Assembly: GCA_963668095.1 (NCBI GenBank)
Contig: OY764083.1
Span: 1,521,085-1,585,084 of the forward strand
Reading direction: 5' to 3'
Source: Acidobacteriota bacterium
Lineage (GTDB): Bacteria; Acidobacteriota; UBA6911; RPQK01; JAJDTT01
DNA length: 64,000 bases
The notes beneath the pieces are model-generated. The model worked only from the letters and a program-made list of their open reading frames with translations, was not told where the DNA came from and did not search any database. A program made the translations under genes and the position numbers. Below, piece by piece: positions 8,753 to 18,482 of this stretch (its first letter is position 1; each line of letters opens with the position of its first letter).

Positions 8753-10600
8753 ATGAAATCCAGCATACAACGCAAATACACCGTTCTCCTGTTCCCGCTT
8801 TTATTGGGCGCGGCCTGCGTCCCGGCGCCCGATCCTTCGGCTGACAACGACTGGCGTTACTACGGCAAGGACCCCGGTGGGACCAGGTATTCCGCCCTGG
8901 CGCAGATCAACCGGACCAACGTCCAGGAACTGGAGGTGGCCTGGATCTACCGGATGGGGGAGGTGAAACGCCCGCATCGAACCATCCCCGACCGGATGCA
9001 GGCTCCGTGGGAGACCACGCCTCTGGTCGTCGATGGTGTCCTCTACCTTTCCACGCCTTCCAACCGGGTGATCGCCCTGGAGGCGGAGACGGGCCGGGAG
9101 CTCTGGGAGTTCGACCCGCAGGAAGGCAGCGGCGAAGACCGCTTCTACCTCCAGCACCGGGGCGTCTCGTACTGGGAGGGAACCGTCGATGGGCAACCCC
9201 AGCGGCGGATCCTCATGGGGACGGGAGACGCCCGGCTGTTCGCGCTGGATGCGGAGACGGGGCAGTTGATCCCCGAGTTCGGCGAGGACGGGTGGGTGGA
9301 CCTGGACGGGGGCATGACTGCTCGCTGGCCCAAGAGCATCTACACGGTCACGTCCCCGGTGGCGGTCTACAAGAACGTGGTGGTCACGGGCTCCCGGCTC
9401 AGTTCCGGCCAGGAGAACAAGGGACCCAGCGGCAAGGTGCGAGCCTGGGACGTGCTTACGGGCGATCTGGTCTGGGAATTCCACACCGTTCCACGGCCCG
9501 GCGAGGCGGGAAACGAGACCTGGGAGGGAGACTCGTGGAAGGACCGTTCCGGCGCCAACGCCTGGTCCATCATCAGCGTGGACACGGAGCGGGGCTGGGT
9601 CTTCGTCCCCACGGCGTCCCCCCTGGGGCCCGACCGTGACGGTCAGAACCTGTACGGAAACACCCTGCTGGTGCTCGACGCCCTCACCGGAAAACTCATC
9701 TGGCACTACCAGGCGGTCCGCCATGACACCTGGGACTACGATCTACCGGCCCAGCCGGTGCTGGTGACCCTGGAACAGGAGGGTCGCGTGGTCCCGGCGG
9801 TGGCGCAGCCCACCAAGATGGGGATGGTCTTCGTTCTGGATCGGGAGACCGGCGTGCCCGTGCTCCCGGTGGAGGAGCGTCCGATGCCCCAGACCGGGGA
9901 CGGTTACAACTGGCCCACCCAGCCCATTACCGTCAAGCCGCCGCCGCTGGTTCGGCACAACCTGACCCGGGACGAGGTGAGCCGCGTGACCCCCGAGTCC
10001 TACGAATTCTGCCTGGAGCTCTTCGACTCGCTCCACTACGAGGGCATCTACACGCCCCGGCAGGAGGGGCCGACTCTCATGCTGCCCGGTTCCCTGGGAG
10101 GGGCCAACTGGTCCGGCGCCTCGTTTGATCCTACAACCGGGTTTCTCTACATCAATGTCACCGAGCTGGGGAACGCGCGCGGCGCGGGCCGGCGATTTTG
10201 GCAGGACAACAAGTGGCCCTGCCAGGAGCCTCCTTGGGGGACTCTGAACGCGGTGGACCTGAACCGGGGTGAGATTGTCTGGACGAGTGTTTTGGGCGTG
10301 GTGGAGGAGTTGATGGAGAAGGGGGTTCCGCAGACGGGGACTCCGAATCTGGGCGGGTCCATCGTCACCGCGGGCGGGCTGGTTTTCGTCGGGGGTACCA
10401 ACGACCGGCGGTTCCGGGCGTTTGACTCGGCCTCCGGAGAGGAGCTTTGGGTCAACCTGCTGGAGGCCAATGCCCATGCCACTCCTATGACGTTCTGGGG
10501 GGAGAAGACGAGTAAGCAGTATGTCGTGATCGCGGCTGGTGGGGGCAATGTGTTCAGTAACGTCACGTCTGACGGGTTGGTGGCTTATGCGTTGCCGTAA
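8753..10600 (+). CDS. PQQ-dependent dehydrogenase, second paralog
   Basis: A signal peptide (MKSSIQRKYTVLLFPLLLGAACVPAP) and the same propeller motifs as the 6172 gene (TWDYDLPAQP, QPTKMGM). An alternative start is at 8735. Confidence 0.85.
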   Translation: MKSSIQRKYTVLLFPLLLGAACVPAPDPSADNDWRYYGKDPGGTRYSALAQINRTNVQELEVAWIYRMGEVKRPHRTIPDRMQAPWETTPLVVDGVLYLSTPSNRVIALEAETGRELWEFDPQEGSGEDRFYLQHRGVSYWEGTVDGQPQRRILMGTGDARLFALDAETGQLIPEFGEDGWVDLDGGMTARWPKSIYTVTSPVAVYKNVVVTGSRLSSGQENKGPSGKVRAWDVLTGDLVWEFHTVPRPGEAGNETWEGDSWKDRSGANAWSIISVDTERGWVFVPTASPLGPDRDGQNLYGNTLLVLDALTGKLIWHYQAVRHDTWDYDLPAQPVLVTLEQEGRVVPAVAQPTKMGMVFVLDRETGVPVLPVEERPMPQTGDGYNWPTQPITVKPPPLVRHNLTRDEVSRVTPESYEFCLELFDSLHYEGIYTPRQEGPTLMLPGSLGGANWSGASFDPTTGFLYINVTELGNARGAGRRFWQDNKWPCQEPPWGTLNAVDLNRGEIVWTSVLGVVEELMEKGVPQTGTPNLGGSIVTAGGLVFVGGTNDRRFRAFDSASGEELWVNLLEANAHATPMTFWGEKTSKQYVVIAAGGGNVFSNVTSDGLVAYALP

Positions 10601-10658
10601 CCGGTTGAACGTGTCTGAGGAGGTGTGACGAGGGGGGACTACCGTCCCATAAGCGCTA

Positions 10659-10681
10659 AGCGGGGGTAGGAAAACCCCCGC
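10659..10681. repeat. conserved GC hairpin (agcgggggtaggaaaacccccgc)
   Basis: A 7-bp stem with an 8-nt loop. An identical 23-mer recurs at 20890-20912, and both copies sit downstream of convergent gene ends. GGGAC...GTCCC hairpins flank this one. Confidence 0.7.
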
Positions 10682-10829
10682 CTATCAGGAGGGGACTTTC
10701 CTGTCCCCCCGTCCCCGCAGCCCGAACCACGGTATCGCGCCAGGAGTGCCCGCCGCCGAGATGGATCCGCAGGGTCCGCAGCAGGCTTTTCGGCGCCTGG
10801 AAGGTCGCCGCTCCATTCGCTCCCATCGT

Positions 10830-11738
10830 TCAAAATAGGTTGTCGTCGTCGATCGGTTCGGAAGCGACGTGATTCCAGACCAGGGCCAGATTGAAGAGGT
10901 AGATGATGGAGCGCGTGAGGCGGTCGGCGTCCGAGAACTCGACCGGGTGGGCAAAGCGGTTTCTGTGATGGTTCATTGCCATCAGCATCTGCGGGACGTT
11001 CAAATCCCGGGTCACGGGGAGCAGATGTTGGCTTCTCAACCTGGAGACGATATCCGGAAAAGAGAATCTGGGTGAGTCGATAATTCCGACCATCTGTCGA
11101 AGATTATTTGATAGTTCGTTATGCGTGCTCATCACGAACCTGTCGGAATTCAAGACCGGTTCCAGATCTCGCATCCAGATCCTGAACGAGGGGTCGCCCG
11201 AGACCTGACACGCCAGTTCCTTGAGCATTGCCTCCAGATTCTTGAGGTTCGTCCGCTCGGTTAGGTCGATATCACCGTCAGCTCGGGTTTCGGAGGGGAG
11301 GTATGCATCCTCGACGAGCGATTGCGTCTGCCGCGCTGACTTCTCGACATTATTGACGATACTCAGAATCGTCTTGACACTTTCGTCGAGGCCTTCCAAA
11401 CGGTCCCGCACCGAAGACAATGACGGTTTCTTCGATTTATCCTGGTGTTCCCCGGGTATGGACTCATCCTGACGCGCATCGACCGGAGCCGGAGGCGGGG
11501 TCCGTTTTATGGGAGGTTTTCGAATCTTGAATATTGCGGCGTCGCGTTGGAACTCTCGACTCAAACGGCGATAGCACGCTGTCGTCTTGGGATAGACCCA
11601 ACGCGTTCGTTGCGGGTCCCAGCGGCGACCGGGGATTTTTTTGGCTCGCTCTTTTTCTCCGGGAGCGATCTTGACTTCATAGTCCTTTTCGGTCTCCGTG
11701 ACTTCGATGGGGAAGAAATTGCCTCTGGGAAATGGCAT
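10830..11738 (-). CDS. hypothetical protein with C-terminal HEPN-like Rx4H motif
   Basis: About 300 aa. The C-terminal NHHRNRFAHP fits the HEPN Rx4-6H motif (Abi_2 / Swt1-like). It is the last gene of the SSF-PPK2 operon. The start is taken at MPFPRGNFF. Confidence 0.4.
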   Translation of the reverse strand: MPFPRGNFFPIEVTETEKDYEVKIAPGEKERAKKIPGRRWDPQRTRWVYPKTTACYRRLSREFQRDAAIFKIRKPPIKRTPPPAPVDARQDESIPGEHQDKSKKPSLSSVRDRLEGLDESVKTILSIVNNVEKSARQTQSLVEDAYLPSETRADGDIDLTERTNLKNLEAMLKELACQVSGDPSFRIWMRDLEPVLNSDRFVMSTHNELSNNLRQMVGIIDSPRFSFPDIVSRLRSQHLLPVTRDLNVPQMLMAMNHHRNRFAHPVEFSDADRLTRSIIYLFNLALVWNHVASEPIDDDNLF

Positions 11739-11789
11739 TGCTCGCCAACTGGCAGTGATGCCGGCTCCGCACATCGGCGGCCGGACGGT

Positions 11790-12629
11790 TCAGTAAACCT
11801 CAGGAACGAACCGCTGGATCCCCATGGGGGGCCGGACGTAACCGCCGTCCTCCTGGCGGGGCGGGAGCTCCAGCTCGGGCGGGTCTTCCTGGTTGTAGTC
11901 GAACCGGCTCAGCAAGTGGGAGATGCAGTTGAGGCGGGCCCGGCGCTTGTCGTCGGCGTTGACCACGTACCAGGGCGCTTCGGGTGCGTCCGTCTTGTCG
12001 AACATGGCGTCCTTGGCCTTGGAGTACTCCACCCAGCGCAGCCGGGACTCCAGATCCATGGGACTCAGCTTCCAGCGCTTGCGCGGATCCTTGATCCGGG
12101 CCTGGAAGCGGCGTTCCTGTTCCTCGTCGCTCACCGAGAACCAGTACTTGATGAGATGGAGGTGGGACCGGAGCAGCATCCGCTCGAACTGGGGGCAGGA
12201 GTAGAGGAACTCCCAGTACTCCTCGTCGGTGCAGAACCCCATGACCCGCTCGACTCCGGCCCGGTTGTACCAGCTCCGGTCGAAGAGCACGATCTCGCCG
12301 GCGGCCGGGAGATGCGCCACGTAACGCTGAAAATACCATTGTGTCCGCTCGCGTTCGGTCGGCTTGGCCAGGGCGGACACCCGGACCTGCCGCGGGTTCA
12401 GCGTCTGGATGATCCGCTTGATGACGCCCCCCTTGCCGGCCGCGTCCCTGCCCTCGAAGAGGACCACCACCTTGAGGCCCTCCCGGGCCACCCAGTCCTG
12501 GAGCTTGGTCAACTCCACCTGCAGGCGGCGGAGCTCCGCTTCGTAGTATTTCCGCTTCAGACGCGGGGGACCCTTTTGCAATCCGCCGCCGGCGGTCGAC
12601 TCGGCCTGGACGTCCATCCTCTCCTCCAA
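11790..12629 (-). CDS. polyphosphate kinase 2 (PPK2) family protein
   Basis: Walker-A-like GRDAAGKGG, the FDRSWYNR motif and a lid region, over a single-domain PPK2 length of 279 aa. Confidence 0.85.
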   Translation of the reverse strand: MEERMDVQAESTAGGGLQKGPPRLKRKYYEAELRRLQVELTKLQDWVAREGLKVVVLFEGRDAAGKGGVIKRIIQTLNPRQVRVSALAKPTERERTQWYFQRYVAHLPAAGEIVLFDRSWYNRAGVERVMGFCTDEEYWEFLYSCPQFERMLLRSHLHLIKYWFSVSDEEQERRFQARIKDPRKRWKLSPMDLESRLRWVEYSKAKDAMFDKTDAPEAPWYVVNADDKRRARLNCISHLLSRFDYNQEDPPELELPPRQEDGGYVRPPMGIQRFVPEVY

Positions 12630-12644
12630 AACGAAAATACCAGT

Positions 12645-14621
12645 TCAGCCCCTCCGTTTGAACCAGGGCAGCCAGCCAAGAATCAGAGTCGACAGGAGGG
12701 TGACGAAGAAGGAGACCGGCAGCGGCCACATCCAGGAGACGGCCTTGAGCCGGACCAGCAGCCGTCGCGACCCCAGGGTGACCACGTCATCTGGGGCGAT
12801 CACGGCGGGTGAACCGGGACGGTCGTTGACGCGGATCTCGGCATCTTCGGTCAGACCCCGAATCGACCAGCCCTCAGGAGTCCTCTCCACGCCGGCATGC
12901 CGGGTGGCCACCCCGTCTCCGCTCAGGACAAAGCGGTTGTTCTCGGGACTTGAGCCGATGGTGTCGAGTGTCTCGGGACGAGGCTCCCACCGCGTCGGCT
13001 CCTGTCCCTCCTCCAGGACGTAGAGGAAGATGTCGGGGTGGTCCTGGAACCAGTGTCCCAGGGACAGGTAGAACCCGGTCGCCAGGCCCAGGAAGGCCGC
13101 CAGCACCATGGCGGCGGCGCTGGCCCGGAATCGGAGGAAGGCGGCCACGAACATCCCTCCCAGGGTCCCGATGACGTAGGCGATGATCCGGGTCGTGAGA
13201 TCGAAGATGTTGCCCCGGGAGCCTTCGGGGATGGTGTTCAGGAAGAGGCAGAAGAGAACGGCGTAGATTCCGGCTGCCAAGGTAAAGAGCCGGGCCAGCC
13301 GGAGCTGGGATCTCTGAGAGAGCGGATCTTTTCGGAAGCGTCCCACGAAGTCGACGGTCAGGACGGTGGCGACACCGTGCATGCTGGAATCCAGCGCGGC
13401 CATGGCGGTGGAGAAGAGAGCGGCCACCACCAGGCCGGCCAGGCCTCGGGGCAAGGTATGGGCGATGAAGTGGGGGAAGACCTCGTCTGGCGTCCCCGGC
13501 AACTGGGCCTTGTAGTAGGAGTAGAGGGCGATCCCGCCCAGCCCCAGCAGGATGCCAACGCTCACGTCGGCGGCCTGGTTGGCCAGGATGGAACGCCGGG
13601 CCGCGCGGAGCGACCCCGTGGCCAGGTAACGCTGCACCATGAGCTGGTCCGAGCCGCAGGTGGAGACCCACCAGACGAAGGCGTAGATGGCCATCCCGAG
13701 CACGCTGACCCGGACGTAGGGATCCAGGCGGAAGAAGGGTTGGGGCTCGTGGTCCGCCGCCAGGATGTCCTGGAGCCAGGTGATGGGGCCGGTCCCGGTG
13801 TCGAAGAAGATGTACCCGATGGTAAAGAGCAGGCCGCCGAAGAGAATGATGAACTGAACCAGGTCGGTCCACATGACCGCCCGCATGCCGCCCAGGACCG
13901 TGTAGACGACGGCGATGACGCCGACCCCTAGCACCACCCAGGTGAAGGGCAGGTCGGCCATCTTGGACATGGCGATGGCGGCGGTGTAGACGATCATCCC
14001 CATCATGGAGAGCCGGATCAGCAGGAACAAGGTCGACCCGAACATCCGCGCGCCGAGGCCGTATTGTTCTTCCAGGTATTCGTAGGCGCTGGTGAGGCGC
14101 TTGCGCATGAAGAAGGGGACGAGGATCAGGACGGCCACCGCCACGCTGAAGGGGACGTGCATCTGCCGGCCCCAGACCCCGATCCCGTTCTTGATGAACT
14201 CGCCGGGTTCCGAGAGATAGGCAATGGTGGAGAGCAGCGAGGCGTACATGCTCAGCCCGACCACGAACCAGGGCATCTTCCGCCCGGCCAGAAAGTACTC
14301 GTCGGCCGATTTCTGCCGCTTGCTGAAGTAGTAGCCCAGCAGCAGCACGCAAGCGAAGTAGACGGCGACCACCACGTAGTCGACGGTCTGCAATCCGTCG
14401 TAGCGGTCGATACGCACTGGGGTTGTGGCCAAGGTCAGAAGGGGATGAATCGGACTTTCCTCGTAGCGGAAACCGGCCGAGGCGGACGTTGCGGCGGGTG
14501 AACGATCCCCGCCGGGTCGCCTCGACTCGGGGCAGAGGTTACGCGGGCACCACGCCGTTCGCAAGTCCGGTAGGAGGGGTGATGGGAGGCGACTTTCTTG
14601 CCGCCTGTTGGGAGGGGACAT
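12645..14621 (-). CDS. sodium:solute symporter family transporter with C-terminal FHA-like extension and terminal TM helix
   Basis: An SSF core (YFLAGR, 13-14 TM helices) is followed by about 90 aa that loosely resemble an FHA domain (ATRHAGV, IRGLTEDAEIRVND, VVTLGSRRLLV). A final TM helix follows. The N-terminal start is uncertain and the ORF track may over-extend it. Confidence 0.7.
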   Translation of the reverse strand: MSPPNRRQESRLPSPLLPDLRTAWCPRNLCPESRRPGGDRSPAATSASAGFRYEESPIHPLLTLATTPVRIDRYDGLQTVDYVVVAVYFACVLLLGYYFSKRQKSADEYFLAGRKMPWFVVGLSMYASLLSTIAYLSEPGEFIKNGIGVWGRQMHVPFSVAVAVLILVPFFMRKRLTSAYEYLEEQYGLGARMFGSTLFLLIRLSMMGMIVYTAAIAMSKMADLPFTWVVLGVGVIAVVYTVLGGMRAVMWTDLVQFIILFGGLLFTIGYIFFDTGTGPITWLQDILAADHEPQPFFRLDPYVRVSVLGMAIYAFVWWVSTCGSDQLMVQRYLATGSLRAARRSILANQAADVSVGILLGLGGIALYSYYKAQLPGTPDEVFPHFIAHTLPRGLAGLVVAALFSTAMAALDSSMHGVATVLTVDFVGRFRKDPLSQRSQLRLARLFTLAAGIYAVLFCLFLNTIPEGSRGNIFDLTTRIIAYVIGTLGGMFVAAFLRFRASAAAMVLAAFLGLATGFYLSLGHWFQDHPDIFLYVLEEGQEPTRWEPRPETLDTIGSSPENNRFVLSGDGVATRHAGVERTPEGWSIRGLTEDAEIRVNDRPGSPAVIAPDDVVTLGSRRLLVRLKAVSWMWPLPVSFFVTLLSTLILGWLPWFKRRG

Positions 14622-14770
14622 CCTTGTCCCCCATTCTTCATTTCGCCCGGTTGAAAGACGCTACGCGGAGTGGGGACTCCGTCCCCCCAAGTCCCCCCTG
14701 TCGGCGGCAAGGATGCCGCCGCTCCCCGGCGACAAGAAAGTCGCCGATATTATTGCGACGAGCGGGTGCT
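14590..14770 (-). repeat. REP-like structured repeat (inverted copy of the 2255-2505 element)
   Basis: The reverse complement matches ggagcggcggcatccttgccgccgacaggggggacttggggggacgg.gtccccactccgcgtagcgtc. It contains the ggggacatccttgtcccc hairpin. Confidence 0.75.
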
Positions 14771-14824
14771 ATGATTGGCTCCGGTTTCGGACCAAACAAT
14801 TCTCCTGACTTCTTTCCGATTCCC

Positions 14825-15673
14825 ATGAAGCTCACCCGTAGAAAAGTCCTGAAGACCCTGGGAATTGGCCTGGGGGCCAGCTACGTCGGATTGAGCGGGA
14901 CCTGGCTCTACGCGACGAGACTCGAGGTCAAACGGCTCCGGCTGGAGCGGGTCCGGGTGCCACTCCCAAGCTTGCCCAGTTCCTTGGACGGTTTGCGGAT
15001 CGTCCTTCTGAGCGACTTCCACCTGTTTCCCCACACGCAGATCGAACTCATCGACGCCGCCGTTGAGATGGCCAACGAGTGCCGGCCCGACCTGGTCCTG
15101 CTGGGCGGAGACTACGTGCTCTCCACCGCCGAATCCATCTACGAACTGGCGCCGGCCCTGGGCCGCCTGGACGCCAAGTACGGCGTCTTCGCCGTGCTGG
15201 GCAATCACGACCACTGGAAGAACTCGGATGCGGTGATGGACGGACTGACCCGCTCCGGGATTCACGTCTTCATGAACGAAGGATTGACCCTGTCGGTCGG
15301 CCGCCAACCACTCTACCTGGCCGGCGTAGATGATGGCTGGGTGCGGCGCCACGACTTCGAAAAGGCCCTGGCGAATCGCAACGGCGAGGACCCGACCCTG
15401 CTCCTGATGCACGAACCGGACTTCGCCGACGACTTCCTGGCCGATGGACGGGTCCTGCTCCAACTTTCGGGACACAGCCACGGCGGACAGGTCCGTTTCC
15501 CCTTCATCGGGTCGCCCTTCCTGCCCCCGTACGGACGCAAGTACGACCAGGGCCTGTACCGGGTCGGCCAGGGTTGGCTCTACACCAACGTGGGGATCGG
15601 CGTCACGGCCCCGCTGCGCCTGAACTGCCCGCCGGAGGTCACCGAGGTCACGCTGGTTTCCCAGAGTGCCTGA
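14825..15673 (+). CDS. metallophosphoesterase (YkuE-like), Tat-exported
   Basis: A Tat motif (TRRKVLKTLGIGLGAS) with the calcineurin-like metal ligands (LSDFH, GGDYV, GNHDH, SGHSHGGQ). Confidence 0.8.
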   Translation: MKLTRRKVLKTLGIGLGASYVGLSGTWLYATRLEVKRLRLERVRVPLPSLPSSLDGLRIVLLSDFHLFPHTQIELIDAAVEMANECRPDLVLLGGDYVLSTAESIYELAPALGRLDAKYGVFAVLGNHDHWKNSDAVMDGLTRSGIHVFMNEGLTLSVGRQPLYLAGVDDGWVRRHDFEKALANRNGEDPTLLLMHEPDFADDFLADGRVLLQLSGHSHGGQVRFPFIGSPFLPPYGRKYDQGLYRVGQGWLYTNVGIGVTAPLRLNCPPEVTEVTLVSQSA

Positions 15674-15852
15674 CAGGAGGGGCGATTTTCAGTCGCCGAT
15701 TCCGGATCCCCGATGCCGCATCCGGAGTTCGGGGGTTGAAGAGCTGCCGAACCCATGCGGACGATGGTGAGCATTGCCAAGCCGCTGCGGCTGACGGCCC
15801 GGCGGGCGTGTTATCGTTGTCGCAGACGACACTTAAGGCGGAGGATCAAAAG

Positions 15853-16077
15853 ATGGCAGAGCAGATTACTGTATCCGTCGATTCTGATGTAGCCAGCATC
15901 TACCGTACGGCCTCGGACGTAGAGCGTCGCAAATTGGATTTGCTCGTCAACTTGCGTTTACGTGACGCAACAGAGTCCAGGAAGTCACTCAGGGACATAA
16001 TGTCGGAAGTCAGTCGCAACGCGCAGCGACGGGGCCTGACTCGGGAGGTTTTGGAATCCATCCTGGACGATGAATGA
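15853..16077 (+). CDS. type II antitoxin, VapB/RHH-like (putative)
   Basis: 74 aa. It overlaps the PIN fragment below by 4 nt (ATGA), giving a typical antitoxin-toxin arrangement. Confidence 0.45.
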   Translation: MAEQITVSVDSDVASIYRTASDVERRKLDLLVNLRLRDATESRKSLRDIMSEVSRNAQRRGLTREVLESILDDE

Positions 16078-16190
16078 CGCGTTTTGTCATTGATTCCAAC
16101 GTCTTGGTCAGCGCCTTACTCTTCAGCGATTCCGTTCCAGGGAGGGTGTTTTTTCGAGCCTTCGATCTTGGAACGGTGCTGGTTTACTGA
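16074..16190 (+). pseudogene. truncated PIN-domain (VapC-like) toxin, 38 codons only
   Basis: MTRFVIDSNVLVSALL is the canonical PIN N-terminus with the first acidic residue. The ORF stops after 38 aa where about 130 aa would be expected. Confidence 0.55.
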
Positions 16191-16258
16191 GGCCGTACGC
16201 CGGGATTAGGAACAATTTCCTACCGATTCCGTTGCCATCCAAACCCGTCTGAGCCGTC

Positions 16259-17776
16259 ATGAGCCCACTCGACATCACGGTCCTGGTCGTCTACCTGGCG
16301 TTCATCGGCGGCTTGGCCTTCCACTTCTCCCGGCGCCAGAAATCGGCGGAGGACTACTTCCTGGCCGGACGCAATCTTCCCGGTTGGGTCGTGGGGTTCT
16401 CCCTCATGGGAACGGTGGTGAGCAGCGCCACCTTCGTGGGGCATCCCGGCAACGTCTTCTTCAGCGACATGTGGGCCTTCGCCTATCACCTGGGCCTGCC
16501 GGTGGTGGTCCTCCTGACCGTGGGGCGGTTCGTGGTCTTCTACCGCCGCACGCTCCGAATGAGCCCCTACGAGTACCTGGGCACCCGATTCGGGTATCCC
16601 GCTCAGGCCTACGCTTCCGCTTCCTTCATCCTGAGCCGGGTGCTGGATATGAGCCTGACCGTCTACTTCCTGGGGCTGGCCCTGGCCTTCGTCACCGGGT
16701 GGGACGTGTGGTGGGTGATCCTGGTGGTGGGTCTCTTGACCGTGGCCTACACCCTGGCGGGCGGCATCCAGGGCGTGGTCTGGACCGATTTCCTGCAGGG
16801 GATCCTGCTGGTGGGCGGCGGCGTGCTCTGCTGTGCGCTGATCCTCGGCCGGGGGGACGCCGGCCAGCTCCTGACCACCGCCTGGGAGGGAGGCAAGTTC
16901 ACTCTGGGAAGCTGGGAACCCAGCCTGATCGAGGACAATTTCTGGCTCCTGTTCGTGGGAGGGATCTTCCACTTCCTGCAGTCCTTCGGGACCGACCAGA
17001 ACATGGTGCAGAGGTACCTGCTGGCCCGAAGCGACCGGGAGGCCCGCCGCAGCGCCACCATGGGCATCCTCTCCTGCATCCCGATCTGGCTCCTTTTCAT
17101 GCTCCTGGGAGGCCTGCTCTGGGCCTTCTACCAGGCTGACCCCTCGGCGCTTCCCCCAGCGGTCGGTGAGGTCAAGGACAATATCATTCCCCACTTCATC
17201 ATGACCGAGTTGCCGCCGGGGCTCCTGGGGTTGCTCCTGGCGGGACTGCTGGCGGCGGCCATGTCCAGCATGGACTCGGACCTCAACAGCATCGCGGCGG
17301 TGGTGCTGCAGAATTTCTATCGCCGGTACCGCCCGGGAGCGGCCCAGCGCCGTCAGCTCATGGTGGGCCGGGTCGGGGTCGTGGTGGGCGGCCTGATGTC
17401 CATTTTCCTGGCGCAGCAGTGGATCGGCATCGAGTCCCTGGTGAAATACTCACTCGGTCTGGCGCTGGTCGTCTCGGGAGGAAAGCTGGGCCTCTTCGCC
17501 TTGGGATGGCTCTTTCCCAAGGCCACCTCCAAGGGGGCCTACGCCGGCCTCGCCGCCTGCGTGATGTTCACACTCTGGGCCGCCCTGACCCGGGTGGAGA
17601 TGCCCAACAGCCAGAGCCCGTTGCTGGATCTGGGCCCCTACAACTATCCCTGGATGCCCATGACCATCGGGATGATCGGGCATGTCCTGGTTCTGGGAGT
17701 GGGCTATGCCGCCAGCCGAGGGAAGGACGGCGCGGATTCCGGCGCTCACTCGAACGGCCCGGCCGATCCTGGCTGA
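16259..17776 (+). CDS. sodium:solute symporter family transporter
   Basis: 505 aa carrying YFLAGRNLP and the SSF helix pattern. It is a paralog of the 12645-14621 core without the C-terminal extension. Confidence 0.85.
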   Translation: MSPLDITVLVVYLAFIGGLAFHFSRRQKSAEDYFLAGRNLPGWVVGFSLMGTVVSSATFVGHPGNVFFSDMWAFAYHLGLPVVVLLTVGRFVVFYRRTLRMSPYEYLGTRFGYPAQAYASASFILSRVLDMSLTVYFLGLALAFVTGWDVWWVILVVGLLTVAYTLAGGIQGVVWTDFLQGILLVGGGVLCCALILGRGDAGQLLTTAWEGGKFTLGSWEPSLIEDNFWLLFVGGIFHFLQSFGTDQNMVQRYLLARSDREARRSATMGILSCIPIWLLFMLLGGLLWAFYQADPSALPPAVGEVKDNIIPHFIMTELPPGLLGLLLAGLLAAAMSSMDSDLNSIAAVVLQNFYRRYRPGAAQRRQLMVGRVGVVVGGLMSIFLAQQWIGIESLVKYSLGLALVVSGGKLGLFALGWLFPKATSKGAYAGLAACVMFTLWAALTRVEMPNSQSPLLDLGPYNYPWMPMTIGMIGHVLVLGVGYAASRGKDGADSGAHSNGPADPG

Positions 17777-17780
17777 TTCC

Positions 17781-18104
17781 TCACATCTCGTCTTGCCTTT
17801 GCGGTATACGTGCGATCCAATCTGCCCCAGCATATGTGACTGCATGTATGAGCACCTCGCAGGCTTGGTCGTCGACCGTAAAGGCTATGACGGCTTTTCT
17901 CCCCGCAGGGATCGCCCGCAAACCGGGTGCTATTTCGTTACGGATGGATCCCATGTGAGGAGTTTGTGCCAAGCCCGCGATGGTCCATTCAATTTCGGTC
18001 AGCGTCCGATCCGCCGCCACAGACCCCGCGTAGTCGAGGACCCATTGGACGATGTCCCGAAGATCACGTGCCACCAGCGGATGGAAACGGATGCGATGCG
18101 TCAC
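17781..18104 (-). CDS. ParE/RelE-family type II toxin
   Basis: 107 aa, ParE-like, with a 4-nt overlap with the upstream antitoxin. Confidence 0.65.
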   Translation of the reverse strand: MTHRIRFHPLVARDLRDIVQWVLDYAGSVAADRTLTEIEWTIAGLAQTPHMGSIRNEIAPGLRAIPAGRKAVIAFTVDDQACEVLIHAVTYAGADWIARIPQRQDEM

Positions 18105-18370
18105 GTCTTGGGATCAGTCCCAATAGTGGCGCGAGCCGTTGAGAAAGCGTGATCCTGGTCCACGAACTCGGAACGCGGTGTCCGCATACGCATGCGGATT
18201 TCTTCGGCCAGAGCCGAAAGCGCGACGTTTCGCTCGGTCTCGTCCTGCATCATCTGTTCGATGGCCGCCGCCACCGCAGCGCTCCGCGTAGCAAACACGC
18301 CTTGCCCCACCTTCTCCGCAAGGTACCGATGGTGGCGATCCGTAAAGCTGAGGGTCGTTTTGACGGTCAT
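18101..18370 (-). CDS. ParD-like antitoxin
   Basis: 89 aa. An RHH-like N-terminus (TTLSFTDRHHRYLAEKV) precedes the ParE gene. Confidence 0.6.
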   Translation of the reverse strand: MTVKTTLSFTDRHHRYLAEKVGQGVFATRSAAVAAAIEQMMQDETERNVALSALAEEIRMRMRTPRSEFVDQDHAFSTARATIGTDPKT

Positions 18371-18482
18371 CCGCGCCTCCTTGGTATGACTTAGTCATAT
18401 ACCACCTCGGCGGATCCGGCTCAAGAGAGACGGGATTTCTTGGTGGGAAGCCTCTTCGGTGCAAACCGGACTGTGCCGTAAC

